From the NCBI GenBank assembly GCA_023480735.1, contig JAMCXB010000047.1, positions 30,486-94,485 of the forward strand: 64,000 nucleotides of DNA. The letters are read 5' to 3'. The notes beneath the pieces were generated by a model. The model was given only the letters and a program-made list of their open reading frames with translations, was not told where the DNA came from and searched no databases. Numbering within the stretch: the first letter of the stretch is position 1; every line of letters begins with the position of its first letter. This stretch comes from Bacteroidota bacterium (GTDB taxonomy: Bacteria > Bacteroidota > Ignavibacteria > Kryptoniales > JAKASW01). Both the position numbers and the translations under genes were made by a program. Shown here in pieces: positions 58,644-64,000 of this stretch.

Positions 58644-60053
58644 CTAAGCTTGTTTTGCCTCCCGAGCTCGTGCTGATCGCCAATAAAGGTACGCCGGCAC
58701 TCCAAGCAGTACCAGCCCGAGTCCGAACAATGAATCGCGTGGATCGGTGACTACAGTGTTAATCACGAACCATACTGCCACGATCACGAAGATGATCGGT
58801 ACAAACGGATAACCGAGTGTTTTGTAAGGACGCGGAGCATCCGGCCGTTTCTTGCGCAGCACAAAAATCCCGAACGTACCGATCGCGTAGAATAGCCATG
58901 AAGCGAATATGACGTAAGTAAAAAGCTGGTCGTAAGTGCCGGTGAGTGTCAGTACCGATGCCCAGAATCCCTGGACGAGAAGCGAAACGTGCGGGGTCTT
59001 GTACTTAGGATGCACTGAAGAGATCTTTTTGAAGAACAAACCGTCTTTGGCCATCGCGAAATATACTCTCGCCGTCGTCATCGTCGTTGCGTTCACCGTT
59101 CCGAACGTGGAAATCATTACGGCGACGGCAATCAACGCCGCGCCGTTAGAACCGAAGAACGTGGAGATCGCATCCGAGGCGACCAGCTGCGAATGTGCCA
59201 TCTGATGGATCGGAAGGACGTACATGTAAGCAAGATTCGCGAACACGTAGATGACAATAACGGAGATTGTTCCGGCTATCAGCGCGATAGGAATATTTCT
59301 TTGAGCGTTCTTCACTTCACCTGAAAGGTAAGTGACGCTGTTCCACCCGTCATATGCCCAGAGGACTGCGACCAGCGCGATGCCGAACGCACTGATCAGC
59401 CCGCCGGATGCGGAATGGAAAGCGCCGAAGAACGGAGTGTACAGATGCCCGGCATGCGTGCCGAAGGCGAAGCACGTTACGACGATCCCCGTGATCGCCA
59501 GTACTTTCAGAGTAGTGAAAAGCTGTTGAATAAACCCGCCGAACTGCACGCCGAAATAGTTCACCGTCATGACGAACGTGATGGCTCCAATCGCAACGAG
59601 CTTGATGCCGACTTCAGGCATCACGAAGAGTCCGAAGTTAAGCTGGAGAGTGTTCAGTCCCGGAAAGAAGAAGCCGAGATATTTTGCGAAGGCCACTGCT
59701 ATCGCTGCGATAGATCCGGTCTGGTAAACAATGAAGGTGGTCCATCCGTAAAGGAAGGCGATGAAGTCGTTGTAGATCTCGCGGAAGTAGACGTACTGCC
59801 CGCCCGCTGCCGGTATCATGCCTGCGATCTCTGCGTTCGTGAGTGCGCCCGCCAGTGAAAGGAGTCCGCCGAAGACCCAGACTGCGATAATCCACCCGGC
59901 ATCGCCGAGAGTCAGTGCGATCTTTTGCGGGACAAGGAATATTCCCGAGCCGATGATCGATCCGACAACGACCGCAATCGCAGTGGGGAGCCCGAGCCTG
60001 TTGGCAAGTTTCGGTTGTTCTGCTTCATTCATAAGTATGCCCGTCTGTTTCAT
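58644..60053 (-). CDS. APC-family amino acid permease
   Basis: 469 aa polytopic protein. The N-terminal GLPTAIAVVVGSIIGSGIF motif is typical of amino acid permeases. Confidence 0.9.
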   Translation of the reverse strand: MKQTGILMNEAEQPKLANRLGLPTAIAVVVGSIIGSGIFLVPQKIALTLGDAGWIIAVWVFGGLLSLAGALTNAEIAGMIPAAGGQYVYFREIYNDFIAFLYGWTTFIVYQTGSIAAIAVAFAKYLGFFFPGLNTLQLNFGLFVMPEVGIKLVAIGAITFVMTVNYFGVQFGGFIQQLFTTLKVLAITGIVVTCFAFGTHAGHLYTPFFGAFHSASGGLISAFGIALVAVLWAYDGWNSVTYLSGEVKNAQRNIPIALIAGTISVIVIYVFANLAYMYVLPIHQMAHSQLVASDAISTFFGSNGAALIAVAVMISTFGTVNATTMTTARVYFAMAKDGLFFKKISSVHPKYKTPHVSLLVQGFWASVLTLTGTYDQLFTYVIFASWLFYAIGTFGIFVLRKKRPDAPRPYKTLGYPFVPIIFVIVAVWFVINTVVTDPRDSLFGLGLVLLGVPAYLYWRSARAREAKQA

Positions 60054-60218
60054 TTAGTTTAGGACAGCGAAGGCATGACGAGCCTCCGTATAGTACTTCA
60101 GATTATCTATTTAGTTGCTTTTGATAATGATTGAAACAGTGAAATGAAATCCCTCGGACGTTAGGATGGCCCTCCGGTTTCGAGCGTCTGGAGCAAACAA
60201 AATCCCGCGTGACTGCGT

Positions 60219-60521
60219 TTACTCCCTGACCTCCGCAAAAAATATTTGCACCACATCTCTCGCAAAGCCCATGAGATCCTTTGCGGAAGCCATCCCCTCG
60301 GGTGAAACGATAGCGGTGTTGAGGGCATTTTGATCATCGAAATACATCTCAGCCATTCTGTAGAATTGCGGCTGGGTCATGGGAGCGCCTGTAACCTTCG
60401 AGATTTCGATTCGCTTCATGCCGGGCATTTTATTGATTAGAGGAAGATGGACGTTTTCATAGTGCTCCTCGAACGAAGTTGGGTCAGTCGGTTTCTTGAA
60501 AAGCGCAACCAGCTTCACCAC
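60219..60521 (-). CDS. EthD-family protein
   Basis: VKLVALFKKPTDPTSFEEHYENVHLPL...MAEMYFDD matches the EthD (TIGR02118-like) pattern. GTG start with AGGAG SD. The longer track ORF (to 60608) runs into repeat DNA. Confidence 0.8.
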   Translation of the reverse strand: MVKLVALFKKPTDPTSFEEHYENVHLPLINKMPGMKRIEISKVTGAPMTQPQFYRMAEMYFDDQNALNTAIVSPEGMASAKDLMGFARDVVQIFFAEVRE

Positions 60522-60596
60522 GGGCGGCTCCTGTTTTTTGTTTTGAGAATATAGACCCGACGCATGGAAAACGCAACAAGCGGGTTCGCTGTGTTG

Positions 60597-60731
60597 GTAA
60601 TGGGGCACTTATCGCGTTATTTTCTCGCAAGGGCGCAAAGCCCGCAAAGAAAAACAACTATTTCTCCGACGGAGTCCTTCCGAGAATCTCGCTTTGCGTA
60701 CCCGGCGAGCTTTGTCCCGGCAGGGGACGAC
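60597..60731 (+). repeat. possible degenerate relative of the 116-bp MITE
   Basis: Starts with gtaatg. Shares gttatttct, cgcaaRgg, cgcaaagaaa, tcgctttgcg and ggcgag blocks in the same order. No TSD found, and the 3' boundary is uncertain. Confidence 0.35.
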
Positions 60732-60787
60732 TTCGTCGCGAGAGACGTACCTGAGCGGATACCTATGTTGACAGAAAAGAAAAACTC

Positions 60788-62086
60788 GTGTATCTTAAAA
60801 AAGCTTTTGCTAAAGGTAAGGTAGTGAGTCAGGGAGCTCAATACATACACATGTTGCGAAGTTCGATAAGACTATTACGCAACTGCTACCGGGCATACAG
60901 CTCGGGTATTCCGGAGTACAATCAAAGCTACTGCGATTTCGGCAACAACGCTGGGGATCAATATGGGCTGAATAGCGTTCACGACAATTATCCTTACAAC
61001 GCTGCTGTAGGGCTCTCTTATCCCTCCGACCCAGCTGCCCTGACTGCGTATAAGAACTGGTGGGGAAGCAATCCCCCTGATGCGTCACTCTTCTACTGTT
61101 CTTCTGCCTGTCAGCTGAATAACGGCAACTCCCTTTCTTCCGACCCATGATCCGGGATACCGCTGCCGTCAGTTGAAACCAAAGGTAACCTTGCCGCACA
61201 TGTTATAGCTTCGGTGAAATCACAGCCCGATGCCGTCGCGGAATCTATGGCTCAGTCCGCCAAAGTCTCCGGCCCCATTTCCACGGACTCGCTATCTGCA
61301 GGGACCCAGCTCCGATCACAGGGGAAATTCAAAGAGGCTAAGGACTTCTTCAAATCATACTTAGGCAGACATCCCGACAATCAGGCGGCTTATGTTTATC
61401 TATATAGTTGTGCAGACACGGGAACGACCCCGGATATAGTTGAATACTTCAAGTCGTTGCCAAAACAGGCTGCCAGGGCACACAAACTTCTTCTGGCTAA
61501 TCTGTATCTGAGGGAAGGGAATACGCAGGCTGCGAAGAACGTGAACAATGATATCATTGCGGCAAACCCAAAGACTTCGCTTGCCGAGAGGGCGAAGCTC
61601 AATAACTTTTACATTGCGTTGTACAATGACAATGATCCGCAAACGGCATCTTCGATTCTAAACGACATTGAACAAAGTTCGTCTCTATCTACGACGATGG
61701 AAATATCGGATGCCGAGCATTCACTCGCTGTCTATGTCGGCCCTAAAACCGGAACGATGCCACGTGCAAGCTTTAAGCGGTCAGCCAACAGCTCTCAGGA
61801 TCTAACAACTAGCGATCTTCAAGAGCAAAGCGGCTTGCTGGAAAATTATCCGAATCCCTTTAACCCATCGACAACAATACGCTACCAGCTTCCGAAGCCG
61901 GGAATGGTGAGTGTCAAGGTTTATGACGTTCTCGGACAGGAGGTGGCGACTCTGGTCAACAGCTATCAGGAGTCGGGCACTCACACAGTCAACTTCAATG
62001 GCGATCATCTCGCGAGCGGCATCTACTTCTACCGGCTGACCGCACCGGGAATTACAATCGTCAAGAAGATGTTGATGACGAAGTGA
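60788..62086 (+). pseudogene. 5'-truncated, TGA-interrupted paralog of the island beta-helix/TPR/T9SS protein
   Basis: The two track ORFs (60788-61150 and 61214-62086) share one frame and are separated only by TGA 61148-61150. The domain order NWWGS..., TPR-like, NYPNPFNP tail mirrors the C-terminal half of the 21826-23976 protein. No protease domain is present. Confidence 0.65.
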
Positions 62087-62122
62087 TGTAGTAGAGCATC
62101 TTTTCAATCCCAAGTGATTGTT

Positions 62123-62153
62123 CGAGGCCCGATTCCCAATGAGTCGGGCCTCG
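62123..62153 (+). terminator. stem-loop after the T9SS-tail pseudogene
   Basis: 10-bp stem cgaggcccga / tcgggcctcg. The stem sequence is shared with 24013-24041. Confidence 0.5.
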
Positions 62154-62185
62154 CCTTTAAGTACCCCGGAGCCCCGTGTCCGCTG

Positions 62186-62301
62186 GTAATGCCTCACTGA
62201 AAGGGTTATTTCTCTCGCAAAGGCGCCAAGAACGCAAAGAAATGTTGACGAGCGGTTCGCTTTGCGAGCGGCTTGGCGAGAAACCATAAGTGTGGGATTA
62301 C
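62186..62301 (+). mobile_element. 116-bp MITE-like element, copy C
   Basis: 115/116 identical to copy A. Flanked by GTCCGCTg (62178-62185) and GTCCGCTa (62302-62309). Ends 66 nt upstream of nuoA. Confidence 0.8.
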
Positions 62302-62367
62302 GTCCGCTATTCCTTCTCCTTTGATTTTTACGTCCCCGTTGTTTAGATTTTTTAAAACGAGATTGAA

Positions 62368-62724
62368 ATGCTGAAGAATTACATCCCGATTTTTCTCTTA
62401 ATTGCAGTCGCTGCCGTTCTTGGCATAGTCATGGCAAATATCAACCGCCTGCTCGGCCCGCATGTCCCGACTCAGGAGAAGCTCTCCACGTATGAAAGCG
62501 GTATGGAGCCGATAAGGACTGCACGCGAACGTTTCACCGTAAGATTTTATCTCGTTGCAATTCTCTTCATATTATTCGATGTGGAAATTGTGTTTATGTA
62601 TCCCTGGGCGGTGAACTTTATGTCCCTGGGATGGTTTGGATTTATAGAGATGTTGACATTCGTTGTCATACTTTTGATCGGATATTATTATGTGATTAAG
62701 AAAGGAGCTTTGCAATGGCAGTAA
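62368..62724 (+). CDS. nuoA: NADH-quinone oxidoreductase subunit A
   Basis: Three TM segments with the YESGMEP...[25 protein letters not shown] motif. Confidence 0.93.
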   Translation: MLKNYIPIFLLIAVAAVLGIVMANINRLLGPHVPTQEKLSTYESGMEPIRTARERFTVRFYLVAILFILFDVEIVFMYPWAVNFMSLGWFGFIEMLTFVVILLIGYYYVIKKGALQWQ

Positions 62725-63224
62725 ATAGATCGAATGAGAATGAGGGCTTCATAACGACTCGTGTCGATGCTCTTTTCAGCTGGTCCTTGAAAAATTCTCT
62801 CTGGCCGATGCCGCTGGGCATTTCGTGCTGTGCAATAGAAATGATGGCTTTCGTTGGCCCGCGTTTCGACGTGAGCCGTTTTGGTGCGGAAGTATTCAGG
62901 TTTTCACCCCGACAGAGCGATCTGCTGATCGTGGCAGGAACGACGACTTTTAAAATGGCCAAAGTCGTCCGCAAGATTTACGATCAGATGCCGGAACCCA
63001 AATGGGTTATCTCGATGGGCGTTTGCGCTTCAAGTGGCGGAATGTACCGCTCGTACTCTGTTGTGCAGGGAATAGATCAATTCCTTCCTGTAGACATTTA
63101 TGTCGCAGGCTGTCCTCCCCGTCCGGATTCCTTGATTAAGGCACTAATGGAGATTCAGAAAAAAATACAATCCGGAGAAGCTAGCATTCCCGAACATGAA
63201 CGCGAAAAAGTCCTGGTGGAATAA
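62715..63224 (+). CDS. nuoB: NADH-quinone oxidoreductase subunit B
   Basis: Fe-S ligand motifs [18 protein letters not shown] and GCPPRP. Confidence 0.95.
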   Translation: MAVNRSNENEGFITTRVDALFSWSLKNSLWPMPLGISCCAIEMMAFVGPRFDVSRFGAEVFRFSPRQSDLLIVAGTTTFKMAKVVRKIYDQMPEPKWVISMGVCASSGGMYRSYSVVQGIDQFLPVDIYVAGCPPRPDSLIKALMEIQKKIQSGEASIPEHEREKVLVE

Positions 63225-63230
63225 CCCAAT

Positions 63231-63782
63231 ATGAAAGAGAAAATCGAGGAGAAACTTCGAGCGGCCTTCGGAGACGACATCCTGGCCGTGGTCGAATTTA
63301 AAGATGAATTGACTGTCGAAGTCAAACGCGAGAGAATTGCGGACGCCTGCAAGTTTCTGAAAGAAGATCCCGAGCTAAGCTTCAATTACCTGTCCGATGT
63401 TTGCGGCGCAGACATGCTGGACTTCGAGGACCTCTCTTCGCGCAAATCATATTTGGCCGTGGAACACGAGCATCGACCCGAACAGGTACCGGTTGGAGAG
63501 AGATTCCAGGTTATTTACAACATGATATCTCTAAAAAACAGGTCAAGGGTCAGACTCAAAGTGAAGGTGGACGGAGAAAATCCCGTTTGCCCGAGTATCA
63601 CATCCGTTTTTAAATCCGCAGATTGGTACGAGAGGGAGACCTACGACATGTTCGGGATTACCTTCGAAGGGCACCCTGACATGAGAAGGATCTACATGCC
63701 CGAGGAATATGAGTATTATCCGCTTCGAAAGGACTTTCCTCTTATGGGTGTTCCCGGCTCAATCCCTCTCCCGAGAAAATAA
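63231..63782 (+). CDS. nuoC: NADH-quinone oxidoreductase subunit C
   Basis: [23 protein letters not shown] motif. Confidence 0.93.
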   Translation: MKEKIEEKLRAAFGDDILAVVEFKDELTVEVKRERIADACKFLKEDPELSFNYLSDVCGADMLDFEDLSSRKSYLAVEHEHRPEQVPVGERFQVIYNMISLKNRSRVRLKVKVDGENPVCPSITSVFKSADWYERETYDMFGITFEGHPDMRRIYMPEEYEYYPLRKDFPLMGVPGSIPLPRK

Positions 63783-63793
63783 GGCTTGCAAAA

Positions 63794-64000
63794 ATGAGCA
63801 CAACTTCTGAAAACAAGCGAGAGATATCACAAATACTCAAGACTCTCGAAGATAGAGACACGAATGTTGTAGTCGAGGATCCGCTCGAGAACTACATGGT
63901 TCTCAACATGGGGCCGCAGCATCCGGCGACACACGGCGTTCTCCGGCTGCTCGTCAAATTGGAGGGTGAGACAGTCGTTGACTGCATCCCCGAGATGGGC
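63794..64000 (+). CDS. nuoD: NADH-quinone oxidoreductase subunit D, N-terminal part (3' end outside window)
   Basis: My translation from ATG 63794 gives ...[25 protein letters not shown], the hallmark NuoD N-terminus. Still open at the window edge. Confidence 0.9.
   Translation, partial: MSTTSENKREISQILKTLEDRDTNVVVEDPLENYMVLNMGPQHPATHGVLRLLVKLEGETVVDCIPEMG

Noticed and set aside
61148-61150. The in-frame TGA could be selenocysteine or a reassigned codon.
   Set aside because: TGA clearly terminates well-conserved genes here (hisG, dcd, mreD and the DUF3108-like gene). I saw no convincing SECIS-like hairpin immediately downstream and no sel genes. The locus also lacks its 5' half, so a pseudogene is the simpler reading.
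17265-62301. The repeated 116-bp units could represent a CRISPR-like or tandem array.
   Set aside because: The copies are tens of kilobases apart and in mixed orientation. They have no regular spacing or spacers, and each has its own target-site duplication.

Overview
The window looks like a chromosomal segment from a bacterium with a type IX secretion system (FCB group, Ignavibacteria/Bacteroidota-like). The exact taxon cannot be determined from the sequence alone. About 50 genes are ordinary housekeeping genes with strong family motifs: two peroxiredoxins, folE, TrxR-type FNR, tgt, yajC, ribBA, greA, dus, hisG, purN, purH, mreBCD-mrdA-rodA, dcd, pyrF, etfBA, trpS, scpAB, rluB-like, rsmG, lysS, a GH57 enzyme, ctp and nuoA-D. 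I found no rRNA genes, tRNA genes or CRISPR arrays.

Five things stand out:
1. A 9.6-kb accessory island (15.1-24.7 kb) is bracketed by a duplicated 3' end of hisG, which looks like att-type direct repeats. It carries GerE/LuxR-only regulators, an XRE regulator, a small secreted peptide gene and several T9SS cargo proteins. No recombinase is recognisable.
2. A 116-bp MITE-like element is present in three near-identical copies, each with imperfect terminal inverted repeats and a 7-9 bp target-site duplication. One copy splits the start of an S53 peptidase pseudogene, and removing it in silico restores an ATG plus signal peptide.
3. A decayed, TGA-interrupted paralog of the island metalloprotease gene lies at 60.8-62.1 kb.
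4. Two genes have conserved N-terminal coding sequence upstream of any canonical in-frame start. This points to indels or non-canonical starts.
5. Two intergenic regions are unusually structured (11.6-11.95 kb and 58.34-58.64 kb).

All identities and alignments were done by eye and need to be recomputed.
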